Shown: piece after piece, positions 1 to 9,532 of the stretch
Position numbering within the stretch: position 1 is the first letter of the stretch
Layout of the letters: each line of letters opens with the position of its first letter
Assembly (NCBI GenBank): GCA_042584585.1
Contig: JBHOSQ010000002.1
Span: 1-64,000 of the forward strand
Origin: an archaeon
Lineage (GTDB): Archaea > B1Sed10-29 > WALL01
Direction of reading: 5' to 3'
DNA: 64,000 bases
Position numbers and translations under genes: made by a program
Notes under the pieces: generated by a model
The model's input: the letters and a program-made list of their open reading frames with translations, nothing else
Told to the model about the DNA's origin: nothing
Databases searched by the model: none

Positions 1-1
1 C

Positions 2-769
2 GGCTACTGGGGCGACCACGACCCGAAATCAATAAAATTCAAAGAAGGCAACCCGTTCCGGAATGCGATTGTTGACTACTACAGATACATCGACGGGAAA
101 ATCGGGGAAGTGCTTGAGGCCATAGACGAAGAGACCGCGGTAATGATTGTCTCTGACCATGGTGCCCAGCGCGTCGACGGCTGCATAGTGATAAACGAGT
201 GGCTCGCCAAAGAAGGCTACCTCACGGTTAAAAGCGAGACAGACGGCATTAAGGACATTACCCTGGCGGATGTGGATTGGAAGCACACCAAAGCATGGGC
301 GTGGGGCGGATACTACTCGTCAGTATTCCTGAATGTTTTGGGCCGGGAAGAAAACGGAGTCATCCCCCCCGAAGACTACGAGAAAGTGCGGGACGAACTG
401 GCGGAAAAGCTCAGGAACATTGCGGACGACAAAGGCAACGCAATGAAAAACACCGTGATAAAGCCAGACCAGTACTATCGAAACTGCGAAAGAACCCCCC
501 CGGACCTGATAGCGTGCTTTGGAGACCTTCACTGGGAGCCAATCTCCACAATGGGTCACAACAAGACGCACCTTGTCGACCCATCACTCACCGACGAAGC
601 AAATCACGCGTGGCAAGGCGTGTTCCTTTTGTACGACCCCACAAGCCAAACAGAAAAAGCGCTTGGCGAGATAAGCATCTACGACGTGGCGCCCACCATC
701 CTCGGTGTGATGGGGCTAGAAACTCCCGCTACCCTGAAAGGAGAAAACCTAGCTGAAAATAAGGGCTGA
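2..769 (+). CDS. Alkaline phosphatase superfamily protein (nucleotide pyrophosphatase/phosphodiesterase-like), 5'-truncated by window edge
   Basis: Frame is open from base 2 (GYWGDHDP...DYYRYIDGKIGEVL); motifs VMIVSDHG, NHAWQGVF, IYDVAPTIL typical of AlkP/phosphodiesterase family. Confidence 0.85.
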   Translation, partial: GYWGDHDPKSIKFKEGNPFRNAIVDYYRYIDGKIGEVLEAIDEETAVMIVSDHGAQRVDGCIVINEWLAKEGYLTVKSETDGIKDITLADVDWKHTKAWAWGGYYSSVFLNVLGREENGVIPPEDYEKVRDELAEKLRNIADDKGNAMKNTVIKPDQYYRNCERTPPDLIACFGDLHWEPISTMGHNKTHLVDPSLTDEANHAWQGVFLLYDPTSQTEKALGEISIYDVAPTILGVMGLETPATLKGENLAENKG

Positions 770-904
770 TTTACCGTATTGTGTACTAAGGAGATACTGA
801 TGGAGCAATATTGGGTGCATTAACAAGGATTATTAGCCTCATGAGATAATAGGCTGGGAAAGCTTTTTAAATGAGGACGAGGATAATAACGCAAGGGATT
901 GAAA

Positions 905-1060
905 ATGGCGAAATGGTACACCTGTCCCAAATGTGGCAAGACCTTCAAGCAAGACGGAAGGTGCAGCTGCGGCTCAGCCACACAGCAGTGGATGAGGGTT
1001 TGCGGAGAGGCTTTTCCCGTGAGCATGCTTGAGCAAAACGGCCCCACACCTAGCTTTTGA
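905..1060 (+). CDS. Small CPxCG-type zinc-finger protein (51 aa; not in ORF track)
   Basis: Manual translation MAKWYTCPKCGKTFKQDGRCSCGSATQQWMRVCGEAFPVSMLEQNGPTPSF*; CPKCG and CSCG pairs; TTTTTAAAT TATA-like element ~35 nt upstream. Confidence 0.6.
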   Translation: MAKWYTCPKCGKTFKQDGRCSCGSATQQWMRVCGEAFPVSMLEQNGPTPSF

Positions 1061-1128
1061 GGCGATTTAAGACCAATGGGCAAAAACTACTTTAATTGGC
1101 TTTAATTAAATATAATTACGGTGAGTTC

Positions 1129-1344
1129 ATGTCCAATTATACCACGGTCTCAATCCCAACCGAGCTGGCAGATAAAGTGAAGGACAGGATTGCGGGGACT
1201 GGATTTCGTTCGATGAGCGAGTACACCACTTATGTCTTGAGGCAGATTGTTTCTTCTGCCGAGATGCGCGAGGATACCAAGGCATTCACAAAAGAGGACA
1301 AGGAAGAGATAAAGCACAGGCTGAAGGCGCTTGGCTACATTTGA
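1129..1344 (+). CDS. CopG/ribbon-helix-helix transcriptional regulator
   Basis: YTTVSIPTELADKVKDRI-GTGFRSMSEYTTYVLRQ RHH pattern; GGTGA SD before ATG 1129; C-terminal RLKALGYI. Confidence 0.8.
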   Translation: MSNYTTVSIPTELADKVKDRIAGTGFRSMSEYTTYVLRQIVSSAEMREDTKAFTKEDKEEIKHRLKALGYI

Positions 1345-1354
1345 GGTGTTGGGA

Positions 1355-2116
1355 ATGACAAAACTTTTGGTTATTGGAGTGGACGGTGCGACATGGAAAG
1401 TCATCAAGCCCAACCTCGATTCTCTGCCAAACCTCAAGAAAATGATTGAGGAAGGCGCATCCGGGACAATTGTTCTGCCGGAAGGAGAAGCAGTTATTTC
1501 GCCCGCGATCTGGACCACAATGTTTTCCGGCGTGCCCGGCAGCCAGCACGGCCACGAAAAGTACGTCAAGAACGGCGAGCTGCAGAAGCGCGAGGACATT
1601 CCTGTTAAGTTCTGCTGGGACTTGCTGCCCGACAAGATTGTGGCGCTGCAGGTGCCATTCATAATCCCGCCGTACAACTGGAACTGCGACTACATGCCCC
1701 CCGGGTTCGGTGCGTCCAAAGAGGAGGGGGAGCTGCACCAAGACGTGGCAGGGATTACTGCAAAGGCAAAAGAAATTCTCGCCGCCAACCCCGAGTGCGC
1801 CATCGTGTGCTACAACCACCTAGATCGCGTCCAGCACTTCCACTGGGGAGAAGGCGAATACATACTGGAATGGTACAAGCTCATCGACGAGCAGATTGGA
1901 CAACTCATCGGCAAGGCGGAAAAAACCATTATCATTTCTGACCACGGGTTCTGTGGCGTCGGCGAGGCGAGGACAAACACCTTGCCCAAAGTGGCTGCGG
2001 ACGGGCAGCACCTCAAAGGCGACCACCACGAGGAAGCCATCATAATCACAAAAGGCATCGGCCACGAGATCACGCACCCGGCCGATGTCTTCAAGACTAT
2101 AATGGAGATGTTTTGA
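1355..2116 (+). CDS. Alkaline phosphatase superfamily protein
   Basis: LLVIGVDGAT, ISPAIWTTMFSG, LDRVQHFHW, IISDHGF, GDHH metal-ligand motifs; GAGGTG SD before ATG 1355. Confidence 0.85.
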   Translation: MTKLLVIGVDGATWKVIKPNLDSLPNLKKMIEEGASGTIVLPEGEAVISPAIWTTMFSGVPGSQHGHEKYVKNGELQKREDIPVKFCWDLLPDKIVALQVPFIIPPYNWNCDYMPPGFGASKEEGELHQDVAGITAKAKEILAANPECAIVCYNHLDRVQHFHWGEGEYILEWYKLIDEQIGQLIGKAEKTIIISDHGFCGVGEARTNTLPKVAADGQHLKGDHHEEAIIITKGIGHEITHPADVFKTIMEMF

Positions 2117-2920
2117 ATGGACCACTTGGACAATCTGGAAAGCAAGAGCATTTACATAATTCGGGAGGCATACAAGCAATTCCACAACGTGGGACTGCTA
2201 TGGAGCATCGGCAAGGACTCGACCACGCTGCTATGGCTCTGCCGCAAGGCGTTCTACGGGAAAATCCCGTTCCCGACCGTGCACATCGACACGGGATACA
2301 AATTCAAGGAAATTTACGATTACAGGGACAGTTACGCCAAAGAATGGGAGCTCGACCTGATTGTCGGCAGGAACGATGAAGCGCTCGCCGCGGGCATGGG
2401 CCCGGGCAAGGGCTCGAAGCTCGACTGCTGCAACCAGCTCAAGACAGACGCACTCAAAATGACGCTCAAGGCACACAACCTCGACGCCGTGCTGCTTGGA
2501 ATCCGAAGGGACGAGCACGGAATACGCGCGAAGGAACGGGTCTTTTCCCCTCGGAACCAAGACTTCAAGTGGAACTACAAGAACCAGCCCACCGAGATGT
2601 GGGACCAATACAAGACAGAAGTCAACAGCGAAGACCACATCCGCGTACACCCCTTGCTCCATTGGACTGAAGTGGACATTTGGGAATACATCAAGCGCGA
2701 GAACATACCCATTATTGACTTGTATTTCGCAAAAGACGGAAAGCGGTACCGCAGCATCGGCTGCCACACATGCTGCAACCCCGTCGACTCGACCGCCAGC
2801 ACGGTCGACGAAATCATTGAAGAATTGAAGACCACGAACACTTCGGAGCGAGCTGGAAGGGCGCAAGACAAAGAGTCTGCGTACATCATGCAAAAGCTTC
2901 GCGCGTTGGGGTACATGTGA
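2117..2920 (+). CDS. cysD: Sulfate adenylyltransferase subunit 2
   Basis: [10 protein letters not shown]-loop, [39 protein letters not shown]; adjacent to cysN. Confidence 0.93.
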   Translation: MDHLDNLESKSIYIIREAYKQFHNVGLLWSIGKDSTTLLWLCRKAFYGKIPFPTVHIDTGYKFKEIYDYRDSYAKEWELDLIVGRNDEALAAGMGPGKGSKLDCCNQLKTDALKMTLKAHNLDAVLLGIRRDEHGIRAKERVFSPRNQDFKWNYKNQPTEMWDQYKTEVNSEDHIRVHPLLHWTEVDIWEYIKRENIPIIDLYFAKDGKRYRSIGCHTCCNPVDSTASTVDEIIEELKTTNTSERAGRAQDKESAYIMQKLRALGYM

Positions 2921-2921
2921 G

Positions 2922-4166
2922 ATGAATCAAATGGAAAAAGAAGACCTTAACATTGTTTTCGTCGGGCATATCGACCACGGGAAATCCACGCTGATTGGCA
3001 GATTGTTCTACGACACCAAGTCCCTGCCACAGGGAAAAATGGAAGAAATCCAGGCATTGTGTGACAAGATGGGCCAGGAAGTAGAGTTCGCGTATTTGCT
3101 GGACCACCTTCAGGAAGAGCGCGAGCAGAACATCACCATCGACACGACCCAAATGTTTTTCGAGGACGAGAAGAGGAAGTACGTGATTATCGACGCGCCC
3201 GGCCACAAAGAATTCTTGAAGAACATGATTACCGGCGCGTCACAAGCCGAAGCCGCCGTGCTCATCGTCGACACCGAAGAAGGCGTGAAGGAACAGACCA
3301 AGCGGCACGCCTATATCCTGCACTTACTGGGCATAAGCCAGGTCATGGTCGTGCTCAACAAGATGGACAAAGTCGAGTGGAGCCAGGAAAAGTACGAGAC
3401 AGTTAAGAAAGAGCTCAGTGAATTCCTTGGAGAGCTCGGCGTCAAGCCAAACTACTACATCCCGATTTCGGCAAAGCAAGGCGACAACGTGGCCAATAAG
3501 TCCGAGAACATGGCGTGGTACGATGGGGCCACGGTGATGGGTGCATTGGACTCCTTCACGCCCAACCCCGCACCGGTCGAGCAGGACTTGCGCTTCCCAA
3601 TCCAGGACGCTTACAAGATTGACGGCAAGCGGATTTTTGTTGGCCGCGTTGAAGAAGGGCTGCTGAAGCAGGGGGACGCAGTTGTTGTCCTGCCCAGCAA
3701 AGAAAAGACAAAGATAAAAAGCGTCGAGGTTTGGCAGGAACAGAAAGAACAGGCTGAGGCCGGCGAAAGCATCGGAGTCACGACCGAGGACGCGCTGTTC
3801 ATTGAAAGGGGAAACGTATTAGTGCACGAGGGCAAGGAAGCGCCAACTACGAAAGAATTCCACGCAAACATTTTCTGGATTTCGAAGAAGCCGATGCAGA
3901 ACGGAGAGCGGCTGAAGCTCAAGTGCTCGACACAAGAAGTGATGTGCACCGTGGACGTGCTGAAGCGCATGAACTCGTCAAGCCTTGACATCAATGCCGA
4001 CGGCGTGGACGTGATTGAAGAGACGGAAGTCGCGGAAGCAGTTATAAAGTCGGACAGTGAACTAGTCGTGGAAAGGTTCGAGGAGACGCCGGGACTCGGC
4101 AGGTTTGTTCTCGAGCGCGGGATGGACGTCGTCGGGAGCGGCATCATAACCGAGGTAAAGGCATGA
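2922..4166 (+). CDS. cysN: Sulfate adenylyltransferase subunit 1 (GTPase)
   Basis: [46 protein letters not shown]; immediately follows cysD. Confidence 0.9.
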   Translation: MNQMEKEDLNIVFVGHIDHGKSTLIGRLFYDTKSLPQGKMEEIQALCDKMGQEVEFAYLLDHLQEEREQNITIDTTQMFFEDEKRKYVIIDAPGHKEFLKNMITGASQAEAAVLIVDTEEGVKEQTKRHAYILHLLGISQVMVVLNKMDKVEWSQEKYETVKKELSEFLGELGVKPNYYIPISAKQGDNVANKSENMAWYDGATVMGALDSFTPNPAPVEQDLRFPIQDAYKIDGKRIFVGRVEEGLLKQGDAVVVLPSKEKTKIKSVEVWQEQKEQAEAGESIGVTTEDALFIERGNVLVHEGKEAPTTKEFHANIFWISKKPMQNGERLKLKCSTQEVMCTVDVLKRMNSSSLDINADGVDVIEETEVAEAVIKSDSELVVERFEETPGLGRFVLERGMDVVGSGIITEVKA

Positions 4167-4699
4167 AACACGAAATCCGCAAAGAAGCGCTCTGCAGGCG
4201 GGAAGGCGGGCACGACCCCACTGGCAAGAGCAGCGAGATTGCGGAAAGGCTGTTCGAGCAGCCCGAGTACAAACAAGCGAAAAAGATTTTGCTCTACTTC
4301 TCGATTGGCAGCGAGGTCGACACCTGCCGCATACTCAAAGACGCGCTGGAGACCAAAGAAGTTTATTTGCCGTACGTCGACGGCGACCGCATGGGATTCA
4401 GCAGAGTAAAGTCACTGCGTGATTTGGAGCCGGGCGAGTACGGGATTCCGGAGCCAGTGAACAAGGAAGAGAACAACCCCGAGATAATTGATTTGGTCAT
4501 CGTGCCGGGAATCGCTTTTGATGAAACCGGTCACCGCGTCGGGTACGGCGGTGGTTACTATGACCGGTTCTTGCCGATGGCCAAAGCCAATACCATTGCG
4601 CTGGCCTACGACGTTCAAGTGATAAAAGACATCCCTGCCGAGCACCACGACCAGCCAGTCAAAAAAATAGTCACTGAAAAAAGAGTAATCACTTGCTAA
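4163..4699 (+). CDS. 5-formyltetrahydrofolate cyclo-ligase
   Basis: [35 protein letters not shown] motifs. Confidence 0.9.
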   Translation: MKHEIRKEALCRREGGHDPTGKSSEIAERLFEQPEYKQAKKILLYFSIGSEVDTCRILKDALETKEVYLPYVDGDRMGFSRVKSLRDLEPGEYGIPEPVNKEENNPEIIDLVIVPGIAFDETGHRVGYGGGYYDRFLPMAKANTIALAYDVQVIKDIPAEHHDQPVKKIVTEKRVITC

Positions 4700-5081
4700 G
4701 CCAAGCCTCAACTTCCTTGATCTGCTTCGCGAGCTTCTTGTCCTTCGTCATCTTTGCCACAGCACGCGCGGTCTCAAGCTGGAGAGGAACCAAGTACTTT
4801 TTCTCTTTTTCGATTGGCTCGGTAAAAGCAACGTTCCGCGAAATACTCTGTCGCGTGTCGTTTTTCCACAAGCCCATCTTGTCCCACACATAGCCAATCG
4901 CGAGAGCCATTATGAGTGAAAGCACGCCCAAGAGAATGGAAAGCTCCCACTTGTTCATCGGCACCACAATCTGCACCAGCGGCACCCAAATACCCACGAG
5001 CATAGCTACCCAAAAAAACAGGGAAAGGATGTTCCTCGCCTGGTTGACACGCCAATACTGCTTAAACAGCCATTCTCGCAT
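4689..5081 (-). CDS. Hypothetical membrane protein (two TM helices)
   Basis: 130-aa ORF with two hydrophobic segments and charged C-terminus; divergent TATA-rich spacer upstream. Confidence 0.6.
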   Translation of the reverse strand: MREWLFKQYWRVNQARNILSLFFWVAMLVGIWVPLVQIVVPMNKWELSILLGVLSLIMALAIGYVWDKMGLWKNDTRQSISRNVAFTEPIEKEKKYLVPLQLETARAVAKMTKDKKLAKQIKEVEAWLSK

Positions 5082-5150
5082 GGATTAATACATATAACAC
5101 GAGGTTTATAAGGCATAGCTTTAAAAATGCAAAAAAGATTAAATAACCCA

Positions 5151-6032
5151 ATGGTTGACCTTGTAGTGGTAGGGCTCGTCGCGTTCGACGACGTCTCAAC
5201 CCCCGCAGGCAGCGTCGAGAAGGCTATGGGCGGCGCAGGATGCTACTCTAGCGTAGCAGCGAGCTTGTTCTGCAAAGCAGGGCTCGTCGGCGTCGCAGGA
5301 GCGGACTTTCCGGCGGAGTATACTAGGGTGTTAGAAAACAAGGGCGTGGATCTTACCGGGCTGCAGCGCGTCGAAGAAAAGACGTTCCACTGGAAAGGCA
5401 AATACGAAGGCGACATGAACACAGCGCAGACTATCTTCACGCACCTCAACTCGCTCACAAAGTTTCAGGCAGTGATTCCGGAAGAGTACAAGAAATCGGG
5501 ATACTTGCTGCTCACCAACCTTGACCCCGAGATGCAGATTGAACTGATGAAGCAAACCAACGCGGTTGTCGCGATGGACACCATGAATTATTGGATAGAC
5601 AGCAAAAAAGAAAAGCTGCTGGAAGCAATTGCCGCTAGTGACATACTGTTCATCAATGACGCCGAGGCACTGCAACTGACTGGCGCGCAAGGCCTCAAAG
5701 ATGCGGGCGCAGAGCTCTTGAACATGGGGCCAAAACAAGTAATAATCAAGCGTGGGGCGAACGGCGCGATGCTGTTCGAAGGTGGCGACATCTTTTCGTG
5801 CCCTGCGTATCCACTGGAACAAGTCGTGGATCCAACTGGGTGCGGCGACTCGTTCGCTGGGGGCGTCATGGGCTGCCTCGCCGCGGGCAAAACGATGCGC
5901 GAGGCCATTGCCTACGGAAGCGCCGTAGCGTCATTCAACGCCGAGGGATTCAGCCTCGACAGGCTCAAGGAAGTCACGCTAGACAACACCCGGCATAGGT
6001 GCGAAGCTATACAAGAACTGCCCTCTTTCTGA
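5151..6032 (+). CDS. PfkB/ribokinase-family kinase (possible adenosine/nucleoside kinase)
   Basis: MGGAGCY, VDPTGCGDSFAGG PfkB signature; precedes ahcY. Confidence 0.85.
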   Translation: MVDLVVVGLVAFDDVSTPAGSVEKAMGGAGCYSSVAASLFCKAGLVGVAGADFPAEYTRVLENKGVDLTGLQRVEEKTFHWKGKYEGDMNTAQTIFTHLNSLTKFQAVIPEEYKKSGYLLLTNLDPEMQIELMKQTNAVVAMDTMNYWIDSKKEKLLEAIAASDILFINDAEALQLTGAQGLKDAGAELLNMGPKQVIIKRGANGAMLFEGGDIFSCPAYPLEQVVDPTGCGDSFAGGVMGCLAAGKTMREAIAYGSAVASFNAEGFSLDRLKEVTLDNTRHRCEAIQELPSF

Positions 6033-6069
6033 AAAGCATTTTAAATGAAAAGAGCCCCAAGTGAGGACT

Positions 6070-7317
6070 ATGAGTGAAATAAAGGACTCCAGCCTCGCCG
6101 AGCAGGGGAAAAACAACCTGAAACTGGCAGAGTCCCAGATGCCCGGTCTAATGAAAATTCGGGAGAGGTTTGCCAGGGAAAAGCCGCTCGAGGGCCAGCG
6201 CATTGGCATGGCACTGCACGTCACCAAAGAAACCGGTGTTTTGGTACGGACGCTTATTGCAGGAGGCGCTACTGTTGCGATTGCATCGTGCAACCCACTG
6301 AGCACGCAGGACGACGTTGCCGCCGCGCTCGCTGAAGAAGGCGTCGAAGTATACGCCAAGAAAGGCGAGACCAACGAAGAGTATTATGATTACATAAACA
6401 AAGTCCTCGACATGAAGCCGACCATCACGATTGACGACGGCATGGACCTTGTGACGATTATTCACACGAAGCGGCCGGACTTGCTCGAGAACGTAATCGG
6501 CGGCGCCGAGGAAACGACGACCGGCATCATCAGGCTCAAGGCAATGCACAAGCAGGGCGAGCTCAAGATGCCAATCATCAACATCAACGACCAGGACACC
6601 AAGCACCTGCTCGACAATTACTACGGCACCGGGCAGTCGACAATGGACGGCGTGATTCGCGCGACGAACGTGCTGATTGCCGGGAAAAACTTTGTGGTCA
6701 GTGGATACGGAGACTGTGGCAAAGGCCTCGCAATGCGCGCCAAGGGAATGGGCGCAAACGTCATCGTGGCCGAAGTGTCCCCGTTCCGCGCGCTGCAGGC
6801 GCACTTCGACGGGTTCCGCGTGATGCCCATTGCCGAGTCCGCGAAGATTGGCGACATTTTTGTCACGGTCACGGGCGACAAGCACGTGATTAACCTGGAC
6901 AACATGAAGTCCATGAAGAACGGCGCAATCGTCGCGAACTCGGGGCACTTCCACAACGAGTTCGACCTCGACGGGCTGAAGGGCGCGGCGTCGTCATCGA
7001 AGCGGATAAGACCGTTCATGGACGAGTACTTGCTTGACGGCAAGCGGATTTACGTGCTTGGCGAGGGGCGCTTGATTAACCTGGCGGCGGCCGAGGGCCA
7101 CCCATCGGAAGTCATGAACTTCAGCTTCTGCAACCAGTCCCTTGCGATGGAATACATCGCCAAGAACTTCAAGGGCAAAGAGCCCGGCGTTTATTCGCTG
7201 CCCAAAGAATTGGACGACGACGTCGCACGCCTTTATCTGGACTCTGTCGGCATCAAGTTCGACACCCTCACGGAGGAGCAGAAAAAGTACCTCTCCTCGT
7301 GGAGGGAAGGGACTTGA
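6070..7317 (+). CDS. ahcY: S-adenosylhomocysteine hydrolase
   Basis: SCNPLSTQD, EETTTG, GYGDCGKG, GRLINLAAAEGHPSEVM. Confidence 0.96.
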   Translation: MSEIKDSSLAEQGKNNLKLAESQMPGLMKIRERFAREKPLEGQRIGMALHVTKETGVLVRTLIAGGATVAIASCNPLSTQDDVAAALAEEGVEVYAKKGETNEEYYDYINKVLDMKPTITIDDGMDLVTIIHTKRPDLLENVIGGAEETTTGIIRLKAMHKQGELKMPIININDQDTKHLLDNYYGTGQSTMDGVIRATNVLIAGKNFVVSGYGDCGKGLAMRAKGMGANVIVAEVSPFRALQAHFDGFRVMPIAESAKIGDIFVTVTGDKHVINLDNMKSMKNGAIVANSGHFHNEFDLDGLKGAASSSKRIRPFMDEYLLDGKRIYVLGEGRLINLAAAEGHPSEVMNFSFCNQSLAMEYIAKNFKGKEPGVYSLPKELDDDVARLYLDSVGIKFDTLTEEQKKYLSSWREGT

Positions 7318-7679
7318 GGATAACTGAAGTCAAGTCTAGGTGGGAGCACCCAAGCGGCGCACGCGCGTACATGAAGATTGGCGAGTGCATCCACGAAAAT
7401 AAACCAGTCAACCAAGCAAACCTACATGTGCGTGTGCCCGAAGAACACCAAGGGAAAGGCATAGGCAAGGAACTGCTGGAAACAGCGGTCTCCGATTTGG
7501 AAAATGCGAACACACGGCTTGAGGCGAAGGACCGTATCCACAACGCGTACGTGACCCTGAACGTGTCACGAGAGGGCATGGCCGCAGCGAAAGCGACTTA
7601 CCAAGGCGCGGGCTTTCAGGTCATGGGCAACGACGGGCTAAGCCTTTTGCTCAGGATAAACCTCGCGAACTACGAGTGA
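7314..7679 (+). CDS. GNAT-family N-acetyltransferase (divergent)
   Basis: VRVPEEHQGKGIGKELL acetyl-CoA motif, YQGAGF; TTG start overlaps ahcY stop (start uncertain). Confidence 0.65.
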   Translation: MRITEVKSRWEHPSGARAYMKIGECIHENKPVNQANLHVRVPEEHQGKGIGKELLETAVSDLENANTRLEAKDRIHNAYVTLNVSREGMAAAKATYQGAGFQVMGNDGLSLLLRINLANYE

Positions 7680-7683
7680 AATT

Positions 7684-8409
7684 ATGAAAGCAATTATCAT
7701 GGCAGGCGGCTACGCCAAAAGGCTTTGGCCGCTGACAAAAGACAAGGCAAAGCCCTTGCTCCCCGTCGGGGGGAAGCCGATGATTGACTACATCTGGGGC
7801 GAGATGAAGGGCCTGGATTTGGAGACGATTTATGTCTCGACCAACGAATTGTTCGCGCAGCAGTTCCAGGAATGGATTGACTCGAAAAACGATTCTCGGC
7901 TAGTGCTGGCTGTGGAAAAAACACTGAGCGAAGAAGAAAAGCTCGGCGCAATCGGCGCCATTGACCTGCTTATTGAAACGTACGGAATCGACGACGACTT
8001 GATGATAGTCGCCGGCGACAACCTCACAGAAATGAAGTTCAGCGGGTTTGTTGGCTCCTTTGACAGCCGGCCGCTCGTCGCGCTTTACGATTTGGGAGAC
8101 AAATCAAAAGCAGCGAACAAGTACGGCGTCGTCGAAACAAACGGCGACTTGGTTGTCGGGTTCGAGGAAAAGCCGGCGGAACCGAAGACGTCACTCATTT
8201 CTTCTGGTTTCTATGTCTACCCCAAGGAAACTCTTCCGATGTTCAAGGAGTATCTCGCCGAAGGGAATTCAAAAGACGCGCCCGGTTTCTTCTTGGCGTG
8301 GCTCCACAAAAAAACAGATGTCAAGGCCTACGTGTTCAGCGACTTGTGGTACGACATCGGCGACCTCGAGAGCTACGAGAAAGCCAATCAGATCTTTTCT
8401 GGTAACTAA
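7684..8409 (+). CDS. Sugar-phosphate nucleotidyltransferase (NDP-sugar synthase family)
   Basis: IMAGGYAKRLWPLT-KAKPLLPVGGKP, AGDNL, FEEKP, WYDIG. Confidence 0.9.
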   Translation: MKAIIMAGGYAKRLWPLTKDKAKPLLPVGGKPMIDYIWGEMKGLDLETIYVSTNELFAQQFQEWIDSKNDSRLVLAVEKTLSEEEKLGAIGAIDLLIETYGIDDDLMIVAGDNLTEMKFSGFVGSFDSRPLVALYDLGDKSKAANKYGVVETNGDLVVGFEEKPAEPKTSLISSGFYVYPKETLPMFKEYLAEGNSKDAPGFFLAWLHKKTDVKAYVFSDLWYDIGDLESYEKANQIFSGN

Positions 8410-8417
8410 ACTAACTA

Positions 8418-8441
8418 GGGGGGCATCAATTGATGCCCCCC
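8418..8441. repeat. 24-bp perfect palindrome between convergent genes (copy 1 of a dispersed element; possible bidirectional terminator)
   Basis: GGGGGGCATCAATTGATGCCCCCC, preceded by AACTA. Confidence 0.8.
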
Positions 8442-8449
8442 AACGTTGT

Positions 8450-9376
8450 TTACAGCTTATCCAACAGGAACAGCATCAGCGCGTTCTGCGCCCACATCCG
8501 GTTCTCGGCCTCGTCAAACACGACGCTCTGCGGGCCGTCAATTACTTCCGCGGACTGCTCTTTTTCGCGCATTGCAGGCAGGCAATTCATGAAAATGGCG
8601 TCAGGCTTTGCGTGACTCATGGCCTCGGCGTTGACCTGGTAAGGCATCAAGACTTTTTCTCGCGCCTCCATCTCTTCCAGCGGCACGCCGTAGTTCACCC
8701 ACGTGTCGGTATAGACCACATCCGCGTCCTTCGCGGCTTCCGCCGCGTCGTGCGTCACCACAACTTTGCCGGGATAGTTGGCGCACTCGTCGATGACTCG
8801 CTGGGGCACGTTGAACTCCTCGCCGTCAGGGCAGCCAACGTGACACGTCGCGCCGAGCAAGGCGCACGCGCGCATCAAGTCAAACGTGACGTTGTTGTTG
8901 CCGTTGCCGAGATAACAGAACTTCATGTTCTCAATGGCCTTGCCTTTTTCCTTCATTGTCTGGAGGTCGGCGAGGATTTGGCAAGGGTGTGCGTTGTCCG
9001 ACAAGGCGTCGATGACCGGGACACGGGAATTGTCGGCGAACTCACGGATTTGCTGTTGGGAATAGGCGCGAACCATGACGATGTCGACGTAGCGCGTGCC
9101 TGCTTTCGCGGTGTCGGAGATGGACTCCTTTTTCCCCAGGGGTGAGTCCTTGAACGAGTAGAAAATGGCGTGGCCGCCAAGCTTTGTCATGCCGGTCTCG
9201 AACGACACGCGGGTGCGAAGGCTCGGCTTCTCGAACATCATCAGGAGTGTTTTGCCGCCGAGCGCCTGAGCGTATTTTTCTGGGTTGGCCTTGATTTCGA
9301 TAGCCTTGTCCACGAGCATTAGGACTTCGTCTTTCGAAAGGTCGTCGATATTCATTACATGTTTCACAGCAGACAC
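8450..9376 (-). CDS. argF: Ornithine carbamoyltransferase (probably catabolic)
   Basis: FEKPSLRTRVSFE, HPCQILAD, VVYTDTWV, FMNCLPA, EAENR. Confidence 0.9.
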   Translation of the reverse strand: MSAVKHVMNIDDLSKDEVLMLVDKAIEIKANPEKYAQALGGKTLLMMFEKPSLRTRVSFETGMTKLGGHAIFYSFKDSPLGKKESISDTAKAGTRYVDIVMVRAYSQQQIREFADNSRVPVIDALSDNAHPCQILADLQTMKEKGKAIENMKFCYLGNGNNNVTFDLMRACALLGATCHVGCPDGEEFNVPQRVIDECANYPGKVVVTHDAAEAAKDADVVYTDTWVNYGVPLEEMEAREKVLMPYQVNAEAMSHAKPDAIFMNCLPAMREKEQSAEVIDGPQSVVFDEAENRMWAQNALMLFLLDKL

Positions 9377-9532
9377 CTCGCTGACAGTAACGGAGAAGAA
9401 GTATAAAAACGATTGTCAAACTAAAGCTACAGCGCCTTGTTTAAAAACTATATAAATGTCCACCTAACCCATTAAATAGTATAAAGGTGTCTAATTATCG
9501 GCGTGGTATTTATACTGCGTGAGGTGACTAGT

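Noticed and set aside
800-823. 7-codon ORF MEQYWVH with AAGGAG upstream
   Set aside because: Too short to distinguish from chance
2922-4166. Possible elongation factor EF-1alpha
   Set aside because: Coupled to cysD, with GRLFYDT and [10 protein letters not shown] motifs characteristic of CysN
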